This document shows positions 16,082 through 26,686 of a DNA stretch of 43,254 bases, piece after piece. The notes beneath the pieces were generated by a model, which was not told where the DNA came from, made no database searches, and saw only the letters and a program-made list of their open reading frames with translations. How positions within the stretch are numbered: the stretch's first letter is position 1; every line of letters begins with the position of its first letter. The stretch is taken from positions 1 through 43,254 of the forward strand of contig JAZQWS010000068.1 in assembly GCA_045632465.1 (NCBI GenBank). Direction: 5' to 3'. Position numbers and translations under genes: made by a program. The DNA is from Eubacteriales bacterium. GTDB lineage: Bacteria > Bacillota > Clostridia > Oscillospirales > CAG-272.

Positions 16082-19000
16082 ATGGGTGAATTCGTGCATC
16101 TGCATTTGCATAGTGAATATAGTCTTTTGGATGGAGCATCTCGCATTTCCATGATTGCGGACAAGGCTATCCGAGAAAAACAGGACGCCGTGGCGATTAC
16201 GGATCACGGTGTTATGTACGGTGCTGTGGAATTTTATCGCTCCTTGAAAGCCAAGGGGATTAAGCCGATTATCGGTTGTGAGGTATACGTAGCACCCCGC
16301 TCGCGTTTTCAGAAGGAAGGTCGAGCCGATTCCTCGGGCGATCACCTTGTTCTCCTTTGTAAGGATGCGATCGGCTATAAAAATCTTTGCGAGCTCGTAT
16401 CTCGTAGCTTTACGGAAGGCTTTTATACACGTCCTCGCATTGACATGGAGCTTCTCGCGGAGCATCACGAGGGGCTGATTGCGCTTTCTGCGTGTATTGC
16501 CGGAAAAATTCCTTCCTTGATTTTAGCGGGAAGCATGGACGAGGCGGAAAAATACGCCTTAGAAATGAAGCAACTTTTCGGGGAAGATTTCTATCTTGAG
16601 ATACAGAATCACGGCATGGAGGATGAGCGGAAGGTCGCTTTTGCGTTACGCCTTCTGTCGGAAAAATGCGATATTCCATTGGTTGCCACCAATGACGTGC
16701 ATTATCTTGAAAAAGCGGATGCTGATATGCAAACCGCTTTGCTTTGTATTCAAACCGGAAGCACGCTTGCAGATGGAAAGCCGCTCGGATTTGAGAGTGA
16801 AACCTATTATTTCCGCTCTACCGAGGAGATGAAGGCTTTGTTTTCTTCATTCCGCGGCGCAATAGAAAACACGGTTAAGATTGCAGAAAAATGCAATTTT
16901 GATTTTGAATTCGGAAAGCTTTATCTGCCGAGCTTTACGCCGGAGGGCGGCGTTTCCCACAAGGAAAGGTTGCGCCTCGATGCTTATCAAGGCCTCGAAA
17001 AACACGAAAAAAACGGCCGTATTTCATACGATCGCCACGAAAAGGCCGTTTATCTCGATCGAATTGCGTACGAGCTCTCCGTAATCGATAAAATGGGCTT
17101 TAACGCATACTTTTTAATTGTTAGCGATTTTGTTTCTTATGCCAAGCGCAGAGACATTCCCGTTGGCCCGGGACGTGGTTCGGGTGCCGGAAGCCTTGTT
17201 GCTTTCTGCATTGGCATCACGGACGTTGATCCAATTGCATACGATCTTTTGTTTGAGCGCTTTTTAAATCCGGAGCGTGTATCAATGCCGGATTTTGATA
17301 TCGATTTTTGCTATGACCGACGTGAAGAGGTTATAGCTTACGTGAAGGAAAAGTACGGAAACGATAAGGTTGCACAGATCGTTACCTTCGGAACGCTTGC
17401 GCCTCGTGCCGTTGTGCGAGACGTTGGCCGCGTTATGGGACTACCGTATGCAACGGTGGATGCGGTTGCTAAATTGATTCCGAGAGAGCTCGGCGTAACG
17501 CTTGCATCCGCTATGCAACGTAAGGAACTTCGTGCGGTATATGAGAGTAGCCCTGAAATTCGCAAACTTTTGGAGATTTCCGAGCGTCTTGAGGGAATGC
17601 CGCGCCATGCTTCCACCCATGCGGCCGGCGTTGTGATCACCGAAAAGCCTTTACATTGCTATGTTCCGCTTGCCGCAGGAAACGGAAGTGCCGTTACGCA
17701 GTTTGATATGACGACGGTGGCGGATCTTGGTCTTGTGAAATTCGATTTTCTGGGACTTCGATATCTGACGGTTATTCATGATGCCGAGCGCACAATACGC
17801 CGCAAAAAACCGGACTTTGATATTACAACTGTTCCGGAAGATGATGCCACAACCTTCCGACTGCTTTGCCAAGGAAAAACGGATGGCGTTTTTCAGTTGG
17901 AATCGCAGGGGATGAAGGCTGTGCTCGGTCGTCTTGCACCCGGAAATCTTGAAGATATTATTGCAACCATTGCGCTATACCGTCCCGGACCGATGGATTC
18001 TATCGGAACTTTTATTGCGAGAAAGCATGGCAGGGAGAAAGTATCGTATAAAATACCCGCTTTGGCCGAGATTCTGGACGTTACCTACGGATGTATAGTA
18101 TATCAGGAGCAGGTAATGCAGATATTCCGCCGCTTGGCAGGATATTCTTTTGCACAAGCGGATATCGTTCGTCGTGCGATGTCTAAAAAAAAGGAAAGCG
18201 TGCTTCTTGCAGAAAAAGAACGTTTTGTTAAGGGGTGCTCTGAGCATGGAATAGAAACACATCTTGCAGAGGAAGTCTTTGACGAGATGGTAAGCTTTGC
18301 AAAGTATGCGTTTAATAAGAGCCACGCCACGGCATACGGCGTTTTGTCTTATCGCACGGCGTATTTAAAGGCGCATTATCCTGCCGAATATTTTGCGGCA
18401 CTCCTGACGAGCGTTCTTGGTTCGACCGATAAGCTTCGCTCGTATATTGCCGATGCGCAAAAGCACGGAATTGACGTGCTTGCGCCTCATGTAAATGAGA
18501 GTGAGGCGGATTTCTCGGTTGTGGATGGAAAAATTCGCTTCGGCCTTTTGGCGGTGCGCAACGTCGGCAGATCTTTTGCCGCTTCCGTTGCAGAGGCGCG
18601 CTCCTTTGAGCGTTTTTCGTCATTGGATGACTTCGTTCATCGTTTGGGAGGTAAGGAACTTAATAGAAGGACGCTGGAGTCACTTATAAAATGCGGTGCT
18701 TTTGACGGCTTGGGTGCAAGTCGCGCATCTCTTCTTTCCTGCTATGAAAATATATTGGATACCGAACAGGAAAAGGCACGCAACAATATCAGCGGGCAAA
18801 TGGATCTTTTTTCGCTTGCTTCCTCGTCCGGTGCGGAATCCAACGGCGCATATGAGTATCCGAATGTGGCAGAATATCCGCTTAAGGAGCTTTTGATTTT
18901 GGAGAAGGAAAGCTCGGGAATGTATTTTTCGGGCCATATGGTGGATAATTATTCCGAGCATCTTGCAGAACTTAAGAAGGATTCAATTGCGGATATCCTT

Positions 19001-19597
19001 TCAGACGCAAGCGAAGAGAATGCCTCCTTCGAAACAAAATATAAGGATCGTTGTGCGGTGAAAATCGCAGGTATCATTAGCGCCATTCGTAAAAAAGAGA
19101 TCAAAAATGGCGATACGATGGCTTTTCTTCGTATTGATGACAAAAGTGGAGAAATTGAAGTTATTGTTTTTGCAAGACAGTATTCCTCCTTATCTTCCAT
19201 CTTGGCAGAAGAGGTCGGCGTTTTGATTGAGGGAACGCTTTCTGTTGAAGAAGGAGAGGGAGAAAGTAACCAGGTGCGAATTCTTCTTTCTACAGCATTT
19301 GCATTGGAAAGCAATGATGCGATACGAAATAAGTCGCCGTTAAAGAAGCAGGAAGAAAAAAAGACTGCGGATCGTATTTGTATTAAGCTTCCATCTTTGC
19401 CCGATAAGCGAACGGACGTTTTACTTCGCCTTTCTTCTTTGAATCCGGGGAAGAGTGAAATTCTTCTTTACGATGCGTCATCCGGACGATATTCCAGGAT
19501 GAGTGGCGTGTATATAGAAGCGAATGATAGAGTGAAGGAAAGACTTTGTGGATTGTTTGGTAAAGAAAATGTGGTTTTTCTCGGTGCATCGCATTGA
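16082..19597 (+). CDS. dnaE: DNA polymerase III alpha subunit
   Basis: PHP 'FVHLHLHSEYSLLDG', 'GPGRGSGAGS', 'FERFLNPERVSMPDFDIDF', 'KFDFLGL', 'YAFNKSH'. Confidence 0.98.
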   Translation: MGEFVHLHLHSEYSLLDGASRISMIADKAIREKQDAVAITDHGVMYGAVEFYRSLKAKGIKPIIGCEVYVAPRSRFQKEGRADSSGDHLVLLCKDAIGYKNLCELVSRSFTEGFYTRPRIDMELLAEHHEGLIALSACIAGKIPSLILAGSMDEAEKYALEMKQLFGEDFYLEIQNHGMEDERKVAFALRLLSEKCDIPLVATNDVHYLEKADADMQTALLCIQTGSTLADGKPLGFESETYYFRSTEEMKALFSSFRGAIENTVKIAEKCNFDFEFGKLYLPSFTPEGGVSHKERLRLDAYQGLEKHEKNGRISYDRHEKAVYLDRIAYELSVIDKMGFNAYFLIVSDFVSYAKRRDIPVGPGRGSGAGSLVAFCIGITDVDPIAYDLLFERFLNPERVSMPDFDIDFCYDRREEVIAYVKEKYGNDKVAQIVTFGTLAPRAVVRDVGRVMGLPYATVDAVAKLIPRELGVTLASAMQRKELRAVYESSPEIRKLLEISERLEGMPRHASTHAAGVVITEKPLHCYVPLAAGNGSAVTQFDMTTVADLGLVKFDFLGLRYLTVIHDAERTIRRKKPDFDITTVPEDDATTFRLLCQGKTDGVFQLESQGMKAVLGRLAPGNLEDIIATIALYRPGPMDSIGTFIARKHGREKVSYKIPALAEILDVTYGCIVYQEQVMQIFRRLAGYSFAQADIVRRAMSKKKESVLLAEKERFVKGCSEHGIETHLAEEVFDEMVSFAKYAFNKSHATAYGVLSYRTAYLKAHYPAEYFAALLTSVLGSTDKLRSYIADAQKHGIDVLAPHVNESEADFSVVDGKIRFGLLAVRNVGRSFAASVAEARSFERFSSLDDFVHRLGGKELNRRTLESLIKCGAFDGLGASRASLLSCYENILDTEQEKARNNISGQMDLFSLASSSGAESNGAYEYPNVAEYPLKELLILEKESSGMYFSGHMVDNYSEHLAELKKDSIADILSDASEENASFETKYKDRCAVKIAGIISAIRKKEIKNGDTMAFLRIDDKSGEIEVIVFARQYSSLSSILAEEVGVLIEGTLSVEEGEGESNQVRILLSTAFALESNDAIRNKSPLKKQEEKKTADRICIKLPSLPDKRTDVLLRLSSLNPGKSEILLYDASSGRYSRMSGVYIEANDRVKERLCGLFGKENVVFLGASH

Positions 19598-19622
19598 CAA
19601 GGGAAAAAATATTTAGTATAAT
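19594..19622 (+). promoter_or_regulatory. Consensus sigmaA promoter for CvpA/Clp ATPase/mrp; -35 overlaps the dnaE stop codon
   Basis: TTGACA (19594-19599) - 17 bp - TATAAT (19617-19622). Confidence 0.8.
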
Positions 19623-19663
19623 AAATGCATTGAGTAAAAAAATAAATCGGAGGATGTGATAAA

Positions 19664-20335
19664 ATGAATCTTATCGTTGATCTCGTGCTGGTTGTTATCC
19701 TATTGGTTGGACTTGTTTGGGGATATAAGCGTGGATTTGTAAAAACCGTTGCCAAGCCTGTTAAGCTGGTTGCTGTTTGGTTTTGCACGATTAAATCCTG
19801 TTCCGCCGTTGCAGCACGTTTTATTGCACCCTTGATTCAATCCTCGGTAACAGAAAAGCTCTCAAACTTTTTACAGGAAAATTATAAAAATATCACTGCA
19901 TCGAATGTGTCGGAAGAAATGCCAACGCTCTTGAAAATTGCCGCAGGTATTTTCGACATCGATATCCAGCAGGTTGTGGAGGATGCAGGATTGGCATTGA
20001 CGGAACAGCTTGCGGAAACATTCACGGCGCCTTTAGTATCTTTGGTTTCGATCGTGATTGCTTTTGTTCTTCTTTTGATTGTTTTTTCTGTTCTTTTTTC
20101 GGTCGTTCTTTGGATCATAAACGGTATTTTTCATATTGGTCCGCTTCTTTGGTTCAATCGTATTCTCGGTGTTATCTTTGGTGTTGCGCTTGCGCTCATC
20201 GTTGCCTGGGCTGTTTCGATGATTTTGGGATTTGTTTTGGAACTTCCGGCATTGTCTGCAATCGGATTTGATGGCGGTGTTGTGTATGGATTTTTCAGGG
20301 AATACCATCCGTTGGATCTTTTGCTTGGTTTTTGA
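19664..20335 (+). CDS. CvpA family membrane protein
   Basis: 'IVDL..V.IL....VWGYKRGFVK' N-terminus and 'NRILGVIFG' motif. Confidence 0.85.
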   Translation: MNLIVDLVLVVILLVGLVWGYKRGFVKTVAKPVKLVAVWFCTIKSCSAVAARFIAPLIQSSVTEKLSNFLQENYKNITASNVSEEMPTLLKIAAGIFDIDIQQVVEDAGLALTEQLAETFTAPLVSLVSIVIAFVLLLIVFSVLFSVVLWIINGIFHIGPLLWFNRILGVIFGVALALIVAWAVSMILGFVLELPALSAIGFDGGVVYGFFREYHPLDLLLGF

Positions 20336-20386
20336 GCGTGTAGCGATTTTGTCTTTTTTGATTATTAAAGTTTTTATAGGAGAATC

Positions 20387-22672
20387 ATGGAAATTCAAAA
20401 ATGTGCCCGATGCCAAAAGCGTCCGGCTGTGGTGTTTATTACGCGCCTTGAAGGGGGAAAAACCGTCAATGAAGGTCTTTGCCTTGTGTGCGCAAAGGAG
20501 CTTGGAATCAAGCCTATCAATGATATATTGAAAAAAATGGGTGTCAGCGATGAAGACATCGAGAATATGAGCGGAGAGATGGAGGGGCTGATTGAGGCCG
20601 TTTCCGAGGATTCCGATGGCGGTGCACCTGCGATCGATTTCCCGAAAATATTCTCAGATATGAGCACGCCTTTCTCGTCGATAAATGGAGCAGGAGAGAA
20701 AAAAACGCCCAAAATGCAAAAAAACGAAAAGGCGGAAAGTGGCCGTAAGTTTTTGAATATGTACGCAACGAATCTGACAGCGAAGGCACAGCAAGGGCGT
20801 ATTGATCGAATGATCGGGCGCGATCGCGAGCTGGATCGCGTGATACAGATCCTTTGCCGCCGCCAAAAAAACAATCCTTGCTTGATCGGAGAGCCCGGAG
20901 TTGGCAAAACTGCAATTGCAGAGGCTCTTGCGCAGAGAATATTTGATAACCAAGTTCCTGAGCGCTTGCGCGGATGCGAGCTTTGGCTTTTGGATTTAAC
21001 CTCGTTGGTTGCAGGAACACAATTCCGCGGTCAGTTTGAGCAGAGAATTCTTGGCCTGATTCGTGAGGTGAAGCATGCCGGAAATATCATTCTCATGATT
21101 GACGAGGTGCATAGCATTGTCGGTGCGGGTGATTCCGAAGGCAGTATGAGCGCCGCAAACATCTTGAAACCTGCACTTTCTCGTGGCGAGATTCAGGTTA
21201 TTGGTGCAACAACCTTGAAGGAATATCGCAAGCATATCGAGAAGGATAGCGCTTTAGAGCGCCGCTTCCAGCCCGTGATTGTAGAAGAGCCATCCGTAGA
21301 AGATACGGTTTCAATTCTTTGCGGAATCAAGGGTTATTACGAGACATTCCATGGCGTTAAAATTTCGGATGAGGTTGCGCGCCTTGCCGTGATCATGTCT
21401 GAGCGATATATTACGGATCGATTCCTGCCGGATAAGGCAATCGATCTTGTGGACGAGGCTGCCGCGAGAGCATCCTTGACATCTCCGGAACTGAACGAAA
21501 TGCGTAGGGCAGAAAAGTCTCTTGCAGAGATGTCGAAGAAAAAAGAATCACTTGAAGCAAAGCTTGAGAATGAGAAGGAGCAGACCGAGGAAAATTATAA
21601 GCTTCTCGCCGATCTTAAGGTGGAAATGCTTCGCCTTGAGGGGCGTATTGATTCGCTTCGTCCTGCACTTGAAAATCTTTGCTTGACGGCAAATGATATT
21701 GCGGGTGTTATTGAAATTTGGACGGGAATTCCCGCCACCGACATTAAAGAAAATGATTTTGGTGCTTTAGAAACGTTGGAGGAGAAAATCTCTTCACAGT
21801 TGATCGGTCAAAACGAGGCTGTGGATGCTGTGGTTCGTGCGGTAAGAAGAAAACGCGCCGGCGTTTCGTATAGAAAAACGCCTATATCCATGATTTTTGC
21901 CGGACCGACGGGCGTTGGTAAAACCGAGCTTGTAAAAGTTTTGGCAATGGAGCTTTTCAAACAGCCGGAGGCCTTGATTCGTTTGGATATGTCCGAATTC
22001 ATGGAAAAGCATGCAGTTTCTAGAATTATCGGCGCCCCTCCCGGATATGTTGGTTATGATGAAGCGGGACAGTTGACCGAAAAGATTCGCCGCCGTCCGT
22101 ATTCCGTGGTTCTTTTCGATGAAATTGAAAAGGCGCATCCTGACGTAATGAATATTCTTCTCCAGGTTTTGGATGACGGAAAGATTACCGATGCGCAGGG
22201 ACGGGTGGTAAATTTTGAGAACACGATTATTGTTATGACAACGAACGCGGGAAGTGAAACTTCCTCTGCGATTTCCGGCTTCGCAATGGAAAAGAGCGTG
22301 GTCGCAAAGGATAAAACGCAAAGAGCGCTTGCGTCGTTTTTGCGTCCCGAATTCATTAATCGCGTGGATGAGATTGTAACATTCGCTTCGCTGACGCAAG
22401 TGGATTTTGAGTCTATTGCGAAACTGATGATGGGGAAGGTTGCCGCACATATGGCAGAAAAAGGTATTCGCGTAACCTTTGATAACGCAGTACTTGCAAA
22501 GATCGCCAAAGAATCTTATTCCGAAAAATTCGGCGCGAGAAACATGCGCCGTTATATTGAGAAGAATGTCGAAGATCTCTTGGCCGGCGCTATGATCGAG
22601 CATTATGAAAGCCGACTTGCCGGTATTCATTTCTCGGTCAAAAATGATAAAATAGTTATTGATTGTATTTGA
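20387..22672 (+). CDS. ATP-dependent Clp protease ATPase subunit with N-terminal C4 zinc finger (ClpE-like)
   Basis: CARC...CLVC N-terminus; two AAA+ modules (GEPGVGKT/IDEVH and [16 protein letters not shown]); 'GYVG' pore loop; 'ISGF' putative ClpP-docking loop. Confidence 0.92.
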   Translation: MEIQKCARCQKRPAVVFITRLEGGKTVNEGLCLVCAKELGIKPINDILKKMGVSDEDIENMSGEMEGLIEAVSEDSDGGAPAIDFPKIFSDMSTPFSSINGAGEKKTPKMQKNEKAESGRKFLNMYATNLTAKAQQGRIDRMIGRDRELDRVIQILCRRQKNNPCLIGEPGVGKTAIAEALAQRIFDNQVPERLRGCELWLLDLTSLVAGTQFRGQFEQRILGLIREVKHAGNIILMIDEVHSIVGAGDSEGSMSAANILKPALSRGEIQVIGATTLKEYRKHIEKDSALERRFQPVIVEEPSVEDTVSILCGIKGYYETFHGVKISDEVARLAVIMSERYITDRFLPDKAIDLVDEAAARASLTSPELNEMRRAEKSLAEMSKKKESLEAKLENEKEQTEENYKLLADLKVEMLRLEGRIDSLRPALENLCLTANDIAGVIEIWTGIPATDIKENDFGALETLEEKISSQLIGQNEAVDAVVRAVRRKRAGVSYRKTPISMIFAGPTGVGKTELVKVLAMELFKQPEALIRLDMSEFMEKHAVSRIIGAPPGYVGYDEAGQLTEKIRRRPYSVVLFDEIEKAHPDVMNILLQVLDDGKITDAQGRVVNFENTIIVMTTNAGSETSSAISGFAMEKSVVAKDKTQRALASFLRPEFINRVDEIVTFASLTQVDFESIAKLMMGKVAAHMAEKGIRVTFDNAVLAKIAKESYSEKFGARNMRRYIEKNVEDLLAGAMIEHYESRLAGIHFSVKNDKIVIDCI

Positions 22673-22697
22673 AATTTAAATAAGGAAGTATTAAAAC

Positions 22698-23528
22698 ATG
22701 GCAGAATGTACACATGATTGTTCTACGTGCAAATCCAAGTGCTCAAAAGAGTCCTTGCTTGCACCGATGAATAAAGCGAGTAACGTAAAGCGCGTAATCG
22801 GTGTTGTGAGCGGAAAAGGTGGTGTAGGTAAGTCTCTTGTAACCTCAATGCTCGCGGTATCGATGCAGCGCCGCGGATATCAATGCGCGATTCTTGATGC
22901 GGATATCACCGGCCCCTCGATTCCCAAGGCGTTTGGTATCGGTGTTGGAACTGTAACGGGCAATGAGCTTGGAATGTTCCCGCCAAAAACAAAGACCGGG
23001 ATAGAAATCATGAGCGTAAATCTTCTGATGGATGAAGAAACTAAGCCTGTGGTTTGGCGCGGCCCCGTGATTGCGGGAACTGTTAAGCAATTTTGGTCCG
23101 AGGTTGTTTGGAACGAGGTTGACTATATGTTTGTGGATATGCCTCCCGGAACGGGAGATGTTCCTTTGACCGTGTTCCAAAGCTTGCCGCTGGATGCGAT
23201 TGTCATCGTAAGCACTCCGCAGGAGCTTGTTTCCATGATTGTTGATAAGGCGATCAATATGGCAGACATGATGAAGGTTTCGGTTCTTGGTCTGGTGGAG
23301 AATTACAGCTATCTCGTTTGTCCCGATTGCGGCAAGGTGATTCATCTGTACGGCGAAAGCCATATCGAAGAGCTTGCAGCGAAGCATGGCACGAAGGTTT
23401 TGGCAAAGCTTCCGATTGACACAGAGCTTGCATCTCTTGTTGATAAGGGTGTGATTGAACTCTTTGAGGCAGATTATCTTGAGGCTGCGGCGGATGCTGT
23501 TGAGTCGGCATTCCCGATCGAAAAATAA
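22698..23528 (+). CDS. mrp: Mrp/NBP35 (ApbC) iron-sulfur cluster carrier ATPase
   Basis: 'SGKGGVGKS', 'DADITGPS', 'DMPPGTGD', 'ENYS..CPDCG'; N-terminal CTHDCSTCKSKC. Confidence 0.93.
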   Translation: MAECTHDCSTCKSKCSKESLLAPMNKASNVKRVIGVVSGKGGVGKSLVTSMLAVSMQRRGYQCAILDADITGPSIPKAFGIGVGTVTGNELGMFPPKTKTGIEIMSVNLLMDEETKPVVWRGPVIAGTVKQFWSEVVWNEVDYMFVDMPPGTGDVPLTVFQSLPLDAIVIVSTPQELVSMIVDKAINMADMMKVSVLGLVENYSYLVCPDCGKVIHLYGESHIEELAAKHGTKVLAKLPIDTELASLVDKGVIELFEADYLEAAADAVESAFPIEK

Positions 23529-23530
23529 AT

Positions 23531-23591
23531 AAAAAACCTCGGCAAAAGAGAACGGAGACAAATACTCTCGATCTCAGAGCCGAGGTTTTTT
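23531..23591. terminator. Bidirectional terminator between mrp and clpC
   Basis: AAAAAACCTCGGC...GCCGAGGTTTTTT outer stem with an imperfectly paired interior. Confidence 0.75.
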
Positions 23592-23604
23592 ATAACATGT
23601 GAGC

Positions 23605-26082
23605 TTATTTCTCGGATGCGGCCGGGATAAATCGATCTTTGGGGATGGGGGGATGTTTCGTATATTCTTTCGGAAGATACTGAAATGTAAGCATATCTTC
23701 CGTTTCGTCGTGGTCGACAAGGATACGTGTATTGTTTTCTAAGCCGTATTCCACTATTTTTTTTGATATTGGAGTTTCGATTTCATCTACGAACATTCGA
23801 GCGAGAGGGCGCGCCCCCATACCTGCGCGTAAACTCTTTTTAGCAATAAAACTGAGGGCAGCATCACTGATCTGCAATGAATAACCAATGGAAGCGATTC
23901 GTTCCATGAGAGCGTCAGCTCGATTTTTTGCAATCGTTGCAAGCGTTTTTTCGTCGAGCGGAGAAAAAAGAATAATCTCGTCCATGCGGTTTATAAATTC
24001 GGGACGAAAGTAATTCTTGAGGTGGTCTGACAGATTCGGACGATCTTTGTTTTCAAGAAAACCAAGTCCGTTACGGTTTTTGAATTTGTCAGCACCGATA
24101 TTGGATGTCAGAATAATCACGCTATGACGGAAACTGACTGTGCGCCCGCAATTGTCAGTGAGTGTTCCGTCGTCGGTGATTTGCAGAAGCAGATTCAAAA
24201 CGTCCGGATGTGCCTTTTCAATTTCATCGAAGAGAACCACTGAATAGGGATGACGGCGGATCTTTTCGGTCAGCGTTCCTCCTTCCTCGTATCCAACATA
24301 GCCGGGCGGTGCACCGATAAGCTTGGATACAGAATGCTTTTCTAAAAATTCGGACATATCGTATCGGATAATGGCTTTTTCGGAAGAAAATAAAGATCTT
24401 GAGAGTGCTTTGGCGAGCTCTGTTTTACCAACGCCGCTTTCGCCGATAAATAAAAAAACACCAACGGGACGCAAGGGATCTGAAAGACCGGCTTTATGGC
24501 GGAGAATGGCTTCTGAAAGTGCACGTACTGCGGGCTTTTGACCAAGCACATATCGGTTAAGCGTTTGTTCAAGATGTGCATCATTTTTTGTGTTGAGATC
24601 TCGAACCGGAATACCGGTAATTTCCGTAACGATTTCTTCGATCTGCTCAACGTCTATGATACTTTTAGTAGCAAGATGATTGCTTTTCTCGAAAACTGAT
24701 TTATATTGCTCTGAGTAAATATTTTCTAAATCTCTTAAATGAAATGCGAGCGAAAAATTTCGGTTTTTAAGAGCTTCCGTTTTGCTGTTTTTTGTTTGTT
24801 GGATTTTTTCGGAAAGCTCAGAGATCTCTTTTTCTGCTTGATCGGATTTTTCAACCGCAAAATGAACAATGCGTTTTTTTGCGCAAGCTTCATCCAAGAG
24901 ATCCAGCGCTTTGTCGGGTAAATAACGGTCTTGCAAATATTGAATCGAGAGCTGAACGCAAGCCCTTAATGCCTCAGGCATGATAATAACGTCATGAAAG
25001 GCTTCGTATCGTTCTTTGACCCCTTCGAGTATTCGGAGTGCTGCGGCTTCGTCAGGCTCTCGAATTGCCATGGGCTGAAATCTTCTTTCAAGCGCGGGAT
25101 CTTTTTCGATCGTTTTTCTGTATTCAGCTAACGTAGTTGCTCCGATAATCTGTATTTCTCCGCGCGATAACTCCGGTTTTAGAATATTGGCGGCATCAAT
25201 AGCACCTTCCGCCGCTCCGGCGCCGACGATAGTGTGTATTTCATCGATAAACAGAATAACTTCACGATTGGCACTTACCTCTTGAACAATATTCTTGATT
25301 CTTTCTTCGAAATCTCCTCGGTATTTTGTCCCTGCTACCATCGTGGTCAGATCAACGGAAAAAATTTTTTTTCCAAGCAAAGGCTTAGGGACGTTACCTA
25401 CAGTAATCCTGTGCGCCAAGCCTTCGACGATTGCGGTTTTTCCAACACCGGCTTCTCCCAATAGGCAGGGATTGTTTTTGCTTTTTCTGCAAAGTATGCG
25501 AATTAAACGATCGGTTTCTGCTTCGCGTCCGATAATAGGTTCTGCGCGCGCCTGAAATCTGGCACCCGTAAGTTCTTTCCCATATTGCGATAAAAGTGGC
25601 AGGGAAGAGCTTGCGTTGATTGAGAATGTTGCCGATGCCCCTTTATCATTACTTCGCATAAAAGTTATCAGTTCATCGCGGAGTTGTGAAATATCTGCGC
25701 CCAAATGTTCCAAAAGCTTTCGAGCCACGCATTCGCGCTCTTCCACAACTGCTAAAAGAATGTGTTCCGTTCCGATTTTTGGAGTATTGTATTTTTGCGC
25801 ATTTTTGTGAGAAAGCTCCAAAAGCTTTCGACATCGCGGTGTCATATCCGTAGGAGTTAAGCGGCTTTTTTGTCCGCTTCCTGCATAAGTCTTGATTGCA
25901 TTTTCGATCTTTTTTGCATCAATGCTTTGCTTTTGAAGAAAAATATTTGCAAGGCTCATTTCTTCCTTTGCTAACGCAAGAAGAATGTGCTCGCTTCCGA
26001 TATACGTATGTCCGAGACTTTGTGCCAGAGGAATGGTGTTGTTCAGCACCTTTTCTGCTTTTTCAGTGAATTTATTGCTCAT
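23605..26082 (-). CDS. clpC: ATP-dependent Clp protease ATPase subunit ClpC
   Basis: Two Clp_N repeats ('[11 protein letters not shown]', 'IGTEHILL'), GEAGVGKT and GESGVGKT Walker A motifs, UVR-like '[18 protein letters not shown]', 'LGF' loop. Confidence 0.93.
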   Translation of the reverse strand: MSNKFTEKAEKVLNNTIPLAQSLGHTYIGSEHILLALAKEEMSLANIFLQKQSIDAKKIENAIKTYAGSGQKSRLTPTDMTPRCRKLLELSHKNAQKYNTPKIGTEHILLAVVEERECVARKLLEHLGADISQLRDELITFMRSNDKGASATFSINASSSLPLLSQYGKELTGARFQARAEPIIGREAETDRLIRILCRKSKNNPCLLGEAGVGKTAIVEGLAHRITVGNVPKPLLGKKIFSVDLTTMVAGTKYRGDFEERIKNIVQEVSANREVILFIDEIHTIVGAGAAEGAIDAANILKPELSRGEIQIIGATTLAEYRKTIEKDPALERRFQPMAIREPDEAAALRILEGVKERYEAFHDVIIMPEALRACVQLSIQYLQDRYLPDKALDLLDEACAKKRIVHFAVEKSDQAEKEISELSEKIQQTKNSKTEALKNRNFSLAFHLRDLENIYSEQYKSVFEKSNHLATKSIIDVEQIEEIVTEITGIPVRDLNTKNDAHLEQTLNRYVLGQKPAVRALSEAILRHKAGLSDPLRPVGVFLFIGESGVGKTELAKALSRSLFSSEKAIIRYDMSEFLEKHSVSKLIGAPPGYVGYEEGGTLTEKIRRHPYSVVLFDEIEKAHPDVLNLLLQITDDGTLTDNCGRTVSFRHSVIILTSNIGADKFKNRNGLGFLENKDRPNLSDHLKNYFRPEFINRMDEIILFSPLDEKTLATIAKNRADALMERIASIGYSLQISDAALSFIAKKSLRAGMGARPLARMFVDEIETPISKKIVEYGLENNTRILVDHDETEDMLTFQYLPKEYTKHPPIPKDRFIPAASEK

Positions 26083-26151
26083 TTCAACTCCCGACGGATT
26101 TTTTGTTAATTATAGACCGACAAGAAAAGGATTAAGCATTCGCTTTGAATT

Positions 26152-26673
26152 TTATTCTTTTTCAAGAAATGCAAGTCTTGCTTCCAATTCATTTTCCAAT
26201 CTTTCAAAGAGATTTGCATCTACCGTCCCGCTTTCTTCTACTTGAAACTTTTTCTGTACGTACCGTATAGCGTTTTCCGTTTCAGCGGAAAAATAAGTGG
26301 AGCGTGGAATGCTGGGAAAATTTTCATCATGTTCGGCAAGAACACGTAGCAGCGCATGCAAGACTTCAACATCGTTGCCATGTGATCCCTTTTTTAATGG
26401 ATACGCATGTTTGACATGTAAAATAGTATCTGCTTCGTTTTTTCTCCTGTATTCGAAAAAAACATCTCTGAGTTTTTCAAAGGTGAGGAAGTCAACAATA
26501 CCGGTGATCGGTAGCTTTTGCTTTCTTTGAAAATCTGAAATCGCGCGCATGGTTGTGTCGGTATAAATGCCGTTTCGCGATGCAAAATATTCGATGCCTT
26601 CGTATAAATGAATTTCGTAAAGATAATCCTGGATGCGGCGTATTGCTGCTTCTGTGTTGTTTTGTGTGTACAT
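26152..26673 (-). CDS. Protein made of two peptidoglycan-binding (PG_binding_1-like) domains, no catalytic domain seen
   Basis: 'IRRIQDYL...NGIY...T..AISDFQRKQKLPITGIVD..TF' and 'LKKGSHGNDV..L...YF..ETENAIRYVQ..F.....G.VD'; ATG 26673 follows AAAGGAG. Confidence 0.8.
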   Translation of the reverse strand: MYTQNNTEAAIRRIQDYLYEIHLYEGIEYFASRNGIYTDTTMRAISDFQRKQKLPITGIVDFLTFEKLRDVFFEYRRKNEADTILHVKHAYPLKKGSHGNDVEVLHALLRVLAEHDENFPSIPRSTYFSAETENAIRYVQKKFQVEESGTVDANLFERLENELEARLAFLEKE

Positions 26674-26686
26674 TGCGTCTCCTTTG

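Noticed and set aside
16082-19597. Intein in dnaE, or intact PHP site as a novelty
   Set aside because: Length of about 1170 aa is normal and no splice motifs were seen; intact PHP metal ligands are widespread in DnaE
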